A DNA stretch of 64,000 bases. It comes from Takakia lepidozioides (Eukaryota > Plantae > Bryophyta). Position 1 is the stretch's first letter. The number at the start of each line of letters is the position of its first letter. Below, in pieces: positions 38,264-51,072 of this stretch. The stretch is taken from assembly GCA_030704615.1 (NCBI GenBank), contig CM060732.1, forward strand, positions 15,376,001 to 15,440,000, given 5' to 3'. The position numbers and the translations under genes are program-made. The notes beneath the pieces are model-generated. The model was not told the origin of the DNA and did no database searches. It saw only the letters and a list, made by a program, of their open reading frames with translations.

Positions 38264-38460
38264 TTAATTATCCAAACAACGGTTACTGGCATACATGTCC
38301 ATGAGGGTATTGTTTAGAATGACATCTGGTACAATTCCAGCTTTCGCGATGCAACCATGCACCTCTTTGCCCTTTTCCAGGGCTGCCAGGCTTGCACATG
38401 TATTGCAAATGCACAAAAACGTGATGTGGTTGGGCTTCACCCCTTCCCCCATCATTTGAT
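38264..38460 (-). pseudogene. PLS-class pentatricopeptide-repeat fragment
   Basis: MMGEGVKPNHITFLCICNTCASLAALEKGKEVHGCIAKAGIVPDVILNNTLMDMYA matches a P-L-S motif series. Confidence 0.85.
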
Positions 38461-38589
38461 CTCAGACCTTTCATCTTGATACCACTTAAGCAAAAGAGAG
38501 ACATACGTATCTGAATCTACTGCCAGAAAGAGGCATTGTGGACTCCCTCTCTTGATCCTCTTTCAGAAGCTGTGGTCATGGTTGAGGTG

Positions 38590-39420
38590 CTTGATTTTAT
38601 CAACTATGCCGCTGCAGCACCTGCCTTTAGTTGACCATCTACCCATGCAGGTTTCTTGTAGCTATTGATGCACATGGAATCATAGGTAATCTTGTGCTTG
38701 AAATCTGGCCCTCTTGGATGAATCTGGACCCAAACTCTATCCCTGCCCCTTCAGCTATCACTGCCTCTGCATACATCCTTGCCTTACAGCTGATAATGAC
38801 ACCCTATATTTGTTCTAGGAAACACCCAACTCAGCTCATCACACTAGTTCCCATGCTGAATTGCGCCTGCTACTCTCTGTAATCTAACAGGCATTCACCA
38901 CTCTGCCAAGTGGTTGTCCCATCATTGACTAGGATCAGAAAACTATTCATTCCACAGCTACACCTCATCTCTGTTACATGTTTTTGGATATTTTTCTGTT
39001 GTCACGTTGGCAGTATCATGTCAAAGTCACTCCAAACTGTCAAAGATTCACTCAACCAGCTAACTTGCAGAACTCAACATGGAATTTAGGACCGATTATG
39101 ATAAGAAGGAAAAACAGGGTGAAATGTGTTGAAGAAGGTACCTTCATTAGCAGTGCATGATTTTATCAAATTGTGTCGCTGCTGCTGCTGCTGTGGCTTC
39201 CAGTTGACCATCTACCCATGCAGGTTTTTTGCAGCAATGGATCCACAGGGTATCATAGGTAATCTTGAGCTTGAAATCCGGCACTCTTGGATGAATCTGG
39301 ACCCAAACTCTACCCCTGCTCCTTAAGCTATCCATGCTCTGCACAAATCATGCATACATCTTTGCCTTGCTGCTATCAACTGACAATGACAGCCTACATT
39401 TGTTCTAGCAAACACCCCAA
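38590..39420. repeat. Diverged local duplication (about 38590-38830 and about 39155-39420)
   Basis: Shared TTGACCATCTACCCATGCAGGTTT...GGATGAATCTGGACCCAAACTCTA. Confidence 0.8.
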
Positions 39421-41914
39421 CCGTGTTCTAGCAAACGCCCCAATCGTACATTAAGAAAAAGTCTCACCTTGCGATTGTGGTTGTCCCACCATCGTGAAGG
39501 ATCTTTAAAAAACTCATGTCAGCTCTGCTCCGTGCTGCAAATTCAGGGCTGAGTCTGATGAGAGGGAAAAACAGGCTGAAATAGGTCGAAGAAGAAGGTG
39601 CCCTCACCACATTGTCCTCGACCTTGCGTCATGACCCATCGAGGATTTAATTGACTAAGCAGACTCTCCCAAGAACCTTGTAAACATCAGGAAGATTGCC
39701 AAATCATGGTACTAACAGGAGCCAAGAGCACACCTTTGCAGGATGGACAAACTTCTTCACATCGTACTAACAAAAAGCCACACCTTGCGATTGCGGTTGT
39801 CCACCCAAGCTATGCATATCCTGCAGATCAACAAGACCATCTACCGTGCTTTGGCACTAAGAAGACGCAAACCCCAAAAAACACTAAGTCCCAGCCCCTG
39901 CAACACTGCGACCTAACAACCCTAAACTTGAGCACATTCATTCATCCAATCATTCACTCATCCATCCTAATACATCCTAAATATTCATTCATCCATCCAT
40001 CCATCCATCCATCCATCCATATTTTACATGTGTAAGATTCACCTATAGGTCTTATCCAATCAGGTACATTCAAGTTAGCATTTAAGTGGGGGAGGATTAT
40101 GTGCTTCGTGTAGGTATTATCTAGTGGAGGTATATCAGGATCTTACTCATTTTTTGCACCAATGCGTGGTCTCTCCCTTATAGAGAGGAGAGGAGCCAAC
40201 AAATGGAAGGTGAAATGATTCAAGGATTTGCCAACATGTGTAATTCCAAAAGGTGGTTTGGGTGGGGCCCCCTTCGCCATTGCCCTCCGAATGGTCTCGA
40301 CTCTGGCACGGTACCTCTTGTCTTGCAAGTTCCGCCCCACCATCTCCATCAGCCTTGTGTCACTCCATTTGCCCGGAAAACCGGCGGTTTATCTCCTTCA
40401 CATCGACCTCGCATCGCGGTGGTTCCCTTGGCACATTGAGTAGGCTCACCAGGACCATTCCAAGAGGTGCTTCTTCATAACCTCTCAGTACTCACCGCAG
40501 GGGTCACCATGCATATTGACCTCCACCGGTGGCACCACAATCTTTGCCAAGTCTAGGTCTTTTGCCCCTCGGGATTTCTTCTTTTTCCCACCCTCTCCCT
40601 TCTTTGCATCCTCCTTCCCCTGCTCCTTTGTTACCCCACTGCCTCCCCCGCATGCCCATGAGCCCCTTCATCTCCACGGGACTTCTTCTTCTTCTTCTCG
40701 TGCCCCTTCTCGACGACTATCCCCTTCCCCTTCCCTACTACTTCCTCTCTCTCCTTCTCCCTCTCCCTTCTCTCTCTCTCTTGTCGGCAGCCCCTTCATT
40801 GATGGCAAAAGGGACCTCGGGAGTTCGAGGTCTCTTCTTCTTACCTTTGGTGTTCGGGTCCTTCACGAACACCACGTGCCCTCCCTCATTGGCAACCTCA
40901 CTCGGCTGCACCAATGAGGCCAAGTATGCCGCTGCCTCCTGAAGATGAATACTCCCCCCCCCCCCCCCCCCCCCCCCCCAAATTCAAAAAAGAAACAAAC
41001 AACAAAGAAAAACATGCATGCAAAGCAAAGGACAAGACATGGAATGGGCAAGGTGCGATGGGTGTACCTTTGCAACCTTGGCCGACTCGGCCCCGGTGTC
41101 ACTCGATGTGGGAGGAGTCCCCGCTGTCGGAAGTCCCCGCACTATCCCCTCCCGGAGCAATGGTGGAATTCAATTCCACAACACCATAGCCCCTGCCGGC
41201 GCCCCGTAGTCCAGGGCCTTCTTTGCTGACCGGTCAAACTCTTCAATCGGCATCGCTGACCGGCTAGGCTCTCCACCGGCCCCTACCCCCCCCCCCCAAA
41301 TCCTCGGCTACGACAAGGCGCTTGTGCAACTCAGCCCTCTCATCGGCCGCCCTTCTCTCCTCCTCCCTCATTTGAGACAGTGGCACTTCCCGAGGCCTTT
41401 GAACCTGACCTTGGGCCTTGGCAAGTGTAGCCTTCGCTGCGGAGGAAGGGGCCGGTGGCGGGGTGAAATCCAAAAGCTCCCCATACCAGGACGCCGAATG
41501 GGTGATGCGCTTGCCAATGTACATTTCACCCGTCTTGGTGGCCGGGGGTGTGCTCAACTGAGCCACGGGAACATTATTCGGCTCTCCAACAACCTCCCGA
41601 ATATGAGAGCTGGCTAAGCCGGCCCTTGGTGCATCCAAGACGGGGACAATGGGAGGGGGGCTATTGGGCTCAGGTTGCGGGCGAACCCTCCAGACACGGC
41701 TGTCGATGGGGCTGGTAACCCATGAGGTGCCAGCCCGCGTCACACGTCCCGGGATAGCATACGGGTTCCCCGCGGCTTTCTTTGGGGCATGGGACTTCTT
41801 CTCTTTTCCCATATTCCTGGCCCTGTCATGCAAACCCGACATTAGGCCTTCGTGGAAACAACCTCTAGATTCCATATCAAAAAAAAAAAAAAAACAAAGC
41901 ATGTGGGGGGGCTA

Positions 41915-44900
41915 AGAGCAGCAAGTGTTGCTGCTCTCAGCTCCCCCCTACCAAAAAGTAAAAGTGAAAATGTGGGGGGGGGGGCAGTTGCTGCTGCTCA
42001 GTCAGCCCCGCCCCCTCCACCTTCTTCTGAATTTATTTTTGCCCCCTCTCTCCCTCTATCCCTCTCTCACAAAAACAAAAAAAAACCAGAAGGTCGGGAG
42101 GGGTGGGGACTCAGCAGCAGCAGACCCTGCTGCTGCCTGCTCAGTCACTCCCCCTCCACCTCCTTTTTTATTTTTTTTTCCTCATTCTCTCTCTCTCTCT
42201 CCCTTTGCTGGTTTAGGGTTTCAGTTGAGAGCTCTTCATTGAAGAGCTCTTTTCTGTTTTACACTTTGATGTGTTGCTATGCAAGGACATTCACAATCCT
42301 TGGTTTGTTTGTTTCCTTTATGAAAAGAATCATGTACCTGCTTGACCTCTTTGAAAATAAGGATTGCAAATATGTTGACCACCTGAATGAAACCCTTTCA
42401 TTCAGGTGACCATTTATGACGTCCTCCTTGCCCTAACTACCTCATTTGTGCAAATGAGGTATTTCCAAACAGGTGGCATTCTAAAGGTCAGCCCTAAACA
42501 CCATAGACGGCTCTTTATGGCTTTCCATTGAATTGGCAGCTCCTCCACTAGGTGATGCTAATCTCATCATAATTGCAAAGTGGTTGCCCCACTCCTGCAA
42601 TTACATGTGCCTACCCACTTGGCCCTCCCTAAGTGACACCTGCATGTCAAACAAGAGGGATATGCCACTCCTTCCCTCTACTATATAATGGAAGGTTTGC
42701 TTCAGTCTCAGCCATCTTCCTCTAGTTCCAGAGGTGAGTGAGCTGCAAGTAAGGAGGCTGTTCTTGTGACATCATGGCACACTTCAAGGTTCCCCTCTAT
42801 TTTCCAGTTCAGTTTGTGATGAAATGCATTGCCTTAGCAATTTTTTTCATCTTTTCAAGAGGAGAGTTTGAAGGTTAGGACTGTTTATATGTGTGGGAAG
42901 CTCAATGCTAGCTTGCTTTCTCTCATTAAATGGCTATCACATTCTCTTCTAAACCTGTAGATGAACTGTCTTAATCTAGTGGACATCGATAACAAGTGGG
43001 TTGGGCTTAAAAAGCCTGGTATTCCACAATAGTCACTAACCTTGGGTGCTTGTGATGGGACCAGGTGAGGTTCCAGCCCTTACTTTTAGGCTTGTTTCTT
43101 CTACAGGGCTGCGGAAGAGACAACATGAAGGCTAAACTTTTGCCTTTCTGTTTTGTTTCCTACCTGACCTTTCTTTGTTGGCTGCTCTTTGAAGGTATTA
43201 GAGTGTGTAGAAGACCTCCCTCCCAAAATCACCCCTCATTGGCTGATTTCTGGTGGTCTCCTTCTTGATAGATCCAGTATGTGCTTAAGAAGATACAAGA
43301 AACATTGTCTTGATCCTTCTCCAGTCCTGTTTTTTACTATAGCACTAGTTCTACTTTTTCATAGGCTGAGCCTAAGGCTTTAGGATGCCCATTGTACTCT
43401 TCTTTAAGCTTGAGACTTACTCCCAAGGGAGGTGAGAAATACCCACCCTCCCACCCACTTTGAGTCTGGATTTCGCTACAATAGTAAGGAACCACTACTC
43501 TCCTCTACCATTTGCTAAAGAATCAGGTCTGAACTGTCCAGGTCTGATTTTCTATGCTAAGTGATCTCTACATTACTTAGAACCTTGTGTTGAAATTTAA
43601 TGATAGAGCCTTTTAACAAGGCTGATGATGTCTTTTTGTAAAGAACTAATCTGATCTGATCAGATTCTTTCTTTTCTAATCTTGACATGACTAGTCTTCT
43701 CTCCCTCTCTCCCTCTTTCTCCCTCTGTCCCATCAGGATGTGGAGAGAGAGGGAGAGAAGGAGAGAGACGGAGTGTTGAGGGGAAAAGAAAAGAAAAAGG
43801 GGGGGGGCAGAGTGACATAGCAGCAGCTGCTCAGTCACTCTCCCCCCCACCTTTTTTTTTCTTTTTTTTCCATTCTCTCTCTCTCCCTCTGTCCCTCCCT
43901 CCTTCTCTCCATCTGTCCCCCTCTGTCCCTCTTTTCCCTCATCTCTCCATCTGTCCCATCAGGATGTGAGGGAGAGAGGGAGAGAGAATGAGTGTTGAGG
44001 AAAAAAGAAGAAAAAAGAAGGTGGGGGGGAGTGACTGAGCAGCAGCAGCTACTTAGTCCCCCCCCCCCCCCCTGACCTTCTTTTTTCTTCTTTGTTCCCT
44101 CATCTCTCCCTCTCTCAGGGAGAGAGAGGGAGCGATTAGGGAAAAATAAAATAAAAAGAAGCTGGGGGGGGGGGAAGCGACTGAGGAGCAGCAGCTACTC
44201 AGTCACCCCCCCCCCCCCCCCACCCCCACCTTCTTTTTTTTTTTTTTTCCCTCATCACTCCCTCACTCTCCCTCTGTCCCTCTGTCCCTCTGTCCTTCTG
44301 TCCCTCTCTGTCCCTCTTTTCCCTCATCTCTCCCTCTCTCTCCCTCTGTCCCATCAGGATGTGGAGAGAGAGGGAGAGAGGGGGAGTGTTGAGGAAAATA
44401 AAATGAAAAAGAAGGTGGTGGGGGGGGGAGTGACTGAGCAGCAGCTCCTCAGTCCTCCCCCCCCACCTTCTTTTTTTTTTTTTTTCCCTCATATCTCCCT
44501 CTCTCTCCCTCTGGAAACTGGGTTTATGGAATTGTTGTCCCGACTTCCATCTTTGAAAAAATTGAAAAAATTGAAAAATTGGGTTGCAGGGAATTTTGGA
44601 TGTTTTTCATCCAAAGTACATTTTTTTCCCTAGTGAAACATTTCTTCACTAAGACCTGTGAGGTTTTTGCTTCATCCGAACAATCAACCCGGAATATACT
44701 GCTTGTAAAACTCCCGTCAGTTTTTATTTTTCCAATCCAACCTGGATGAAAAAAAGACTTCATCTGACATGACCTAAATACGGGGCAAGACAGGTATAAA
44801 AAAGTTTTAAGAAAAACCCCCCGATGTTTTTCATCTAACCTAGATGAAAAGCGGACTGCATCCGTCGAGTTCAAGACAAGATGAAAGCACGATGTCTTTC

Positions 44901-47380
44901 ATCTTCCGCGAATGAGAAACGGACAACGTCCGTCGGGCATACAGACTGGCGGATGTTTTTCATCCTGAGAAGGATGAATGACGGGCTAGACAGGGGAAAA
45001 CCCTGCGCAACCCTAATGTCTTTCTCTTTGCGCGGATGGCGGCTTGGGAGGAGCGATGGTGCTCGTGCTGCAGATACCATGAGCTGCCAATCTTTGAGTG
45101 TTTATGGCTCATGTGAGCGCCGCCTATGTGGGCTCTTTAAGACGATGGCGGTGGCTTAGAGATGAGGGAAGATTCACTGTCTCATTTGTCTGTTTTTTTG
45201 CTGCACAAGGGAACCACGGCAGTGATGGCGGAGGTACCACCTGCCTGCTTATGAAGTTTCCTAGGAGCCCTCCTCTGGATCTTTGATGAATGGCAGCGAA
45301 CAAGGAAGTCTCTCTCCCTCCCTTTATAAACCCTACCTTTTGATACCAAGCTCTTTTTTCTTGTGCTTGGCAAGACTTTGCTTTGGTTAAGGTAGCAGTG
45401 TTGTGGTGCTGGCGGAGACCTCCCTGCACGGTTAGGCTTGTGGAGAGATGACGACTCTCCCCCAAACAGTAAAAAAAGGTTCTTTTTATGTTTGTCTTGC
45501 TTCCCTGTTTTCTTTGGCATTCTCTGCGCTTAGATTGAAGTGTATTTGACCTCGATAGCAAGTGTGGAAGTCTGCTACTCACCTCGTGCATCCTCACTAA
45601 CTCACAATGCGTTGTGGTTGTTTTTGGGACGGGCACAGGTGAGGGCTTCCACTTAATATTCTGATGTCTAGGTGCTGCTGGATGCCAAGTGGGAATGCAT
45701 AGCAGGGGAAGGAATCGCTTGCCAGGGACTCATCTTAAAATGTTGAAAAACTAAACTACTCTATGGTTTTTCTTGATCCACCTCTTTCCTTCCTTTATTT
45801 TTGAAGAACAAGTGTAATGCTTTCTACGCTCAATGGGCAAGCCCAGCCAGTGGAAGACCTATGTTTGTTGTGACAGCCGGGTTTATAATGGCTTGTGTGC
45901 GAGACACACATCTGTTTTCCAGGCCCTAGTTTGCTTTGCTTACCTTATGGTAGTTGGAAACAAGTTGAGAGGTTGCAAGAAACTGTTTGTTGCAGCTATT
46001 CGGGTACCCATGTTGGTCCCTGTTATGTTCCAACCCGGATGGCTTTGTTAGCTAGATGCTTAGGCCAGGGTAAGGTGAAGATTCTGCCTGTGGATATTCG
46101 GCTGACAATGAGATATGGCAGCAATATATAATTGGTAACTGGTTTTTGAGGCAGCCAGGGTGGTCAAGTGGAAAATACCCCATGGACATGGTGTAATGAC
46201 ATGGTCAAATGTGGAATGATGTGAATAGGGTGTAATGACAGTATTATATACTGTCACATGATGTGTATGCAGTCCTTTATCTTTACCTTGTTGGGTCATG
46301 ATCTTTGATTTTCAGCTGTAGCAAGAAATAAAAGTATAGGGGTATTCTGGAAAACTTACCAGACATATCCACCTCCCCTATGGGGGCAAGCTGTGCTGCA
46401 GACCAGTCTACACAAATACTGGCAGGGCAAGGTATTTAAATCTGTGATATCCAAGTATTCATTTCTTTCTTTAAGAAAACCCTCCATGACACCCATGGGG
46501 TTTTAGTAAGTATGCTTGGATCACAGCTTGCAGACAGTAAATCTGTATGATTATTTGACCTGCACCACATCAAGGCCAAAATATGGCCAAGTACCCGCCA
46601 TCCCACCCAAACCTCTGAATGTGTATCATGATCATGAATGATGGTCAATCAGCATCAGTGGCGTACTCTTTGGGTTATGAATAATACTGACATGAACACA
46701 TTACTGTGCATGGATGTAATTCTGGATTTTCTAAGCCTGATGATTGATGGATGGTGCCACTGTTAAGTGGCTGATATATCTGATTATTCTTCTTATTCAT
46801 GACAACAACCCTAGGGGTCCTGTCTTTGTCTTGACATGACAAAAAGTATCTTCCCTCCCTTTGTCCCATCAGGATGTGGAGAGAGAGGGAGAGAGGGAGT
46901 GTTGAGGAAAAATAAAATAAAAAAGAAGGTGGGGGAGGGAGTGACTGAGCAGCAATAGGCCTGAGCAGCAGCTGCTCAGTCCCCCCCCCCCCCTTTTTTT
47001 TCTTTTTTTTTCCCTCATCTCTCCCTCTCTCTTCCTTTGTCCATCAGGATGTGGAGAAAGAGGGAGAGAGGGAGAGGGAGGGCGTGTTGAGGAAAAATAA
47101 ATAAAAAGAAAGTGGGGGGGGGTTGAGCAGCAGCTGCTCAGTCACTCCGACCCCCACCTTCTTTTTTTTTTTTTTTCCCTCATCTCTCCCTCTCTCTCCC
47201 TCTATCCCTCTCCCTGGTGGGGGGCGAGACTGAGGAGCGGTAGTTGCTGCTGCAAGCTCAGTCCCCTCCCCAATGTGTTTTTTTTTGTTTGGTGCGCTGC
47301 TCTCCCCCCCCCCTCTCTCTCTCTCTCCCTCTTTGTCTCTCTCCCTCTCTCTCCGTCCCTCCCCTCTCTCCCTTGGAAAC
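41915..47380. repeat. Clusters of GTGACTGAGCAG-cag-CTGCTCAGTCAC hairpins with GA/CT tracts (41915-42200, 43720-44510, 46860-47380)
   Basis: Repeated hairpin core and TGTCCCATCAGGATGTGGAGAGAG motif. Confidence 0.75.
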
Positions 47381-48259
47381 CACAAAATAAAAAAAATAAA
47401 AAAAATAAAATAGCATCAACCTGCTGAGTGTGGTTTGCCCAATAACTAGCCTCGATCAGGGCGTTGGCGTTCGGCTCAGCCTTGAGACTTTCAAAGTTAG
47501 TAAACTGAGGTATGGGCACAATTCCCTTGATAGATTTGAAGAGAGCGTCTCTGGTGAGAGAACCCCGAACAATGAATCAGGAAATGGATATTGTCTTCGG
47601 GTAGCCCACATAACGGGCAATTGCACTCTCCCTTTCCTCTCTACTTCTGTTTGCTGTTCAAAGGTAGGCTTCCTGCCCTTCCCTTGTAAACCCTAAGAAG
47701 CTGAGAAATGGGGAGGGAGGAAGAACCTACCTCAAACACCCGCCCCCGCTGCTGCTGCTGTCGTCCCCCCCCCCCGCGCTGCTATTGCTGCTGTCGACTC
47801 CCTGGCGCGGCGCGGGCACCCACGGCGTCCCCCTTCTCTCTCCCTCCCGGTGCCCGTTCCTTAGCTCCCCGCCTGTGCATGCTCACAGAAGAGAGAGAGA
47901 GAGGGTGTGAGTGAGGGTGAGAGAGGGTAGCCTTTCGGGTTCCAACAGCAAGAGAAGGAGGGAAGGTGGCATAATCTGCGGGGCGTATGGAGCTGGTCGC
48001 ACGGCGCGGGAGCTGGCGCTTGGAGCTTTGGCGCGGGCGCTTCAAAGGTGCATTTCTCCTCCACCCTAAACCCTCTCTCACCTCGTCTTTGGTGCGCACT
48101 ACAACTCGGAAAAGAGGGGGGAGGGTACTGCTGCAGGCACTTAGGGAAAAACAAAAAGAAAAGGTTGGCGGGGTGCGCGATCGTGCGACGCCAAACATTG
48201 CCTATGACACCGTCCGGGCAGTTTTGGGAGGACTGATGGAAGGAGGCCCATGTGGGCAC

Positions 48260-49110
48260 GGACGGTGAAGTGGACGTGCCCGGCATGAAACAACTTTCAA
48301 TCTTCTACGAGTTGCCATATTGGGCGGTACATATTCCACAAAAACACCGTCAATATCCTTATGCATGCATGTGATATTGCACATTTGGTATGCGTTGCAT
48401 TGTCACTTTCACATAAAAAAATTTGTGTAAGTCTTTGTGGGTGGGGATGTATGTAGGACCTGAAGATTCGCCATCTTCTAGATCCCATGCATATTGAGAA
48501 GAATGTCTTCTCGTCCCTTTTTTGGGTTCTTCATGGCACGCCGGCAAAAAAGGGAGTGGCTGCAAAAGGAGATTCTCTCGGTGTTAGAAAGGAGCTTGAG
48601 GAGCAGGGTCGCATGCGCCATCTATGGGCCGAACAAAATGGTGTGGACCCAAAGGGTGTTGTACGGTGGAAGTATAGGCGCGCACCTTGGCAATGGACAA
48701 AGGAGGAATACAAGAAAGTGATAGCCACCATAAGTGCTGTCCGAACACCAACTGGTTATGGGTCATCCCTCCGTACGAAGTTTAGCGAAGAAGACGGGGT
48801 CCATGGTTTGAAGTCTCATGACTACCACAATCTATTGCAAGACATCTTGCCCATTGCATCACGTGGGACATTGACTCCCGAGGTTCGTGAGACAATCTAT
48901 AGATTGGGAGGCTTGTTCCGGTGGTTTTGCTCCAAAGAGTTGGAAGAAACAGATTTTCCATGCATGAAGAAGGAGGCGGCAAAGGTAATGTGTATGTTGG
49001 AGATGCACCTTCTTCCCTCATTCTTTGATATCCAAGTGCACTTAGTAGTGCATTTAGTGGAAGAGGCTTCGATTGCCGGCCCCGTTCATTTTCGGTGGAT
49101 GTACTTCTTT
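48260..49110 (+). pseudogene. CACTA/En-Spm transposase (TnpD) internal fragment
   Basis: SIFYELPYW, intron, DLKIRHLLDPMHIEKNV, GLKSHDYH, PSFFDIQVHLVVHL, GPVHFRWMYFF; truncated at 49110. Confidence 0.92.
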
Positions 49111-49168
49111 TAAAATCCCCGCATTGCCTAGCGACCCCCCTGCGTCGCAGAGTAAAAAAAACTCGTCG

Positions 49169-49570
49169 TGTCAAGTTATTTTACCACTAGTGTGAAACTA
49201 GCTAGGAAATAGCTAGCTTTTACATATTGACATTTGGGATTGGCCCAAGTGTCAATCTAGGGGTCAAGGCAGATTTAGGCCCTGGAGTGGTTATCTTCAC
49301 GGCAAGCGCGGGAGGCTCATCTTTCTCGAGTTGAGCCTCACCGCGCCTAGCTATGACGCCGTAGTGTGGATTCCCTATGGCGTGGGGTGCACTTGGCTTG
49401 ACTTGTATTTAAGTGATGAGTTTATATATGCATGAGTTTATGCTTCAGCTTTGTGAGCTCGCATGAGCTTGTGCTTGTATTCTTCTTTTTTATCACTCGA
49501 GAAAGATGAGCTCGTATCTGTGAGTGCTAGATACGAGTTAGTTGTTAGCACTTGTGTGTTTTCAGATGAG
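49169..49570 (+). mobile_element. Diverged homolog of the LTR-like sequence at 20229; 3' extent unknown
   Basis: TGTCAAGTTA start; shared GTGTGAAACTA, TTATCTTCAC and TATCACTCGAG blocks. Confidence 0.65.
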
Positions 49571-51072
49571 AAACAACTCAGCTTAGAGTGCAGGGATCAG
49601 TGCATGAGCCTATCCAAAGCAGATAGGGTGCGAAGGCGAATAGGTTTCAGGTTTGCAATGGATATAGAGGCGGGTAGCCTGTGTTGAAGAACAGTGTTGC
49701 ATAGCTCAACGCTATGGCAGCCAAGTGTGGTGAGTGTGGAGCTGCGAGGGTGTTAGATGCAAGTCACAGTTATCGGGAGCTCCAACTTCAAGCTCATAAA
49801 GAGGTATGAATGAAGAGAGATGGCTGATTTCTCTTGTATGCAAGCCAATGCATTTGTGGCTATATTGAGTTGGGGGTTTCAATCTGAAACTCCAGCGGTA
49901 TGAGGGCTCTTGCCATGGCAAGAGCAGGGCTGGAACAGGAGCTAAGAGGTGCGGCAAGGCCATGGAATGTACACCTAGGGTTTCAGAGCTTGGAAGAAAA
50001 GCTCTTGCACCACAAGAGGAGTGTATTGTGGCTGGAAATGTAAACCTTAGGGTTTCAGGAGCTTGGCAAAGGCTGTGGAGTGTTTAGTCTTGTCTTAGAG
50101 CATCAAGGAGCCAAAGAGCCAAGATAGGGGGCTGATATTACCTCTTGTGTTAAGGGGATGCATGTGTGGAGGAGGTTTACTATTTCATGAGTAGAAACCA
50201 TGAGCCATGAGCCATGAGCCGCATGAGCCGCATGAGCGGTGAGCCGAAGTCTAAGATACGCGGATTTCATGAGCGGACTCCTCCAAATTTGGAAATGCGG
50301 CAGATTAAACAAGTATTAAAATAATAGTTTTTAATTTGACCTTGCCGTTTTTGGACGTTCCAGATCATGTAATGCGGCGAAGATATGTCGTCAGTAACAA
50401 GTCCGCTCATGGTTTTTTAGATCCGCTCATGGAAATAAGTGACTGTGCAACGGGAAATCCAGTATACCACTGCAAAAGGACGTCGCATACTGGCCTGTAT
50501 AGAGTATTCCGCGGTTTTACATGCCTTAACATTGGAATGAAGCTGACCCTTTTGCCGCGATTGAACCAATGGAGTTTGCACCAATACAGTCTGCAGTACT
50601 TCACAATTCTGTCTTCTTCGGGTATTCGGCGGGAAAGGTTTGCAACTGAACTGGGAAATAAGGTGCCGCATTAGGGTTCGCACGTGCGAAATTTCGGAGC
50701 GGTTTGGTGTTGGCGAAGGCCGCCTCTACCAGTACCTACGACGATACTTGGAAATGCGGCGCCGCATTTCCTTGTCGGAGGTCGAATGAGGAAAGCAAGT
50801 TTTCGGAAAGCAGAAAAACATGAACCCTCCAACATACAAAAATACATGCACGTGGAAACAAGTGAACGATATAGTAATATCTTAGTTCGAGCAAAACAGG
50901 TTACTGGTAGGCAAGACATATGTCGGACCTTTGTGTGGCCAGAGTCTGAGGTACTGGCAGCAGTACAGTTCTACTATCCGAAAAGGATGGGCGTACCATT
51001 GTATGTGGACCGCAAGCCAAGCTCACTGGTCCCCTGGATCCATATTCAGAAGAGTGTGAACCTCCTGGGGGC

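Noticed and set aside
40143-41902. Minus-strand ORF pieces as a host gene
   Set aside because: Low-complexity, broken by homopolymers, with no recognisable domain
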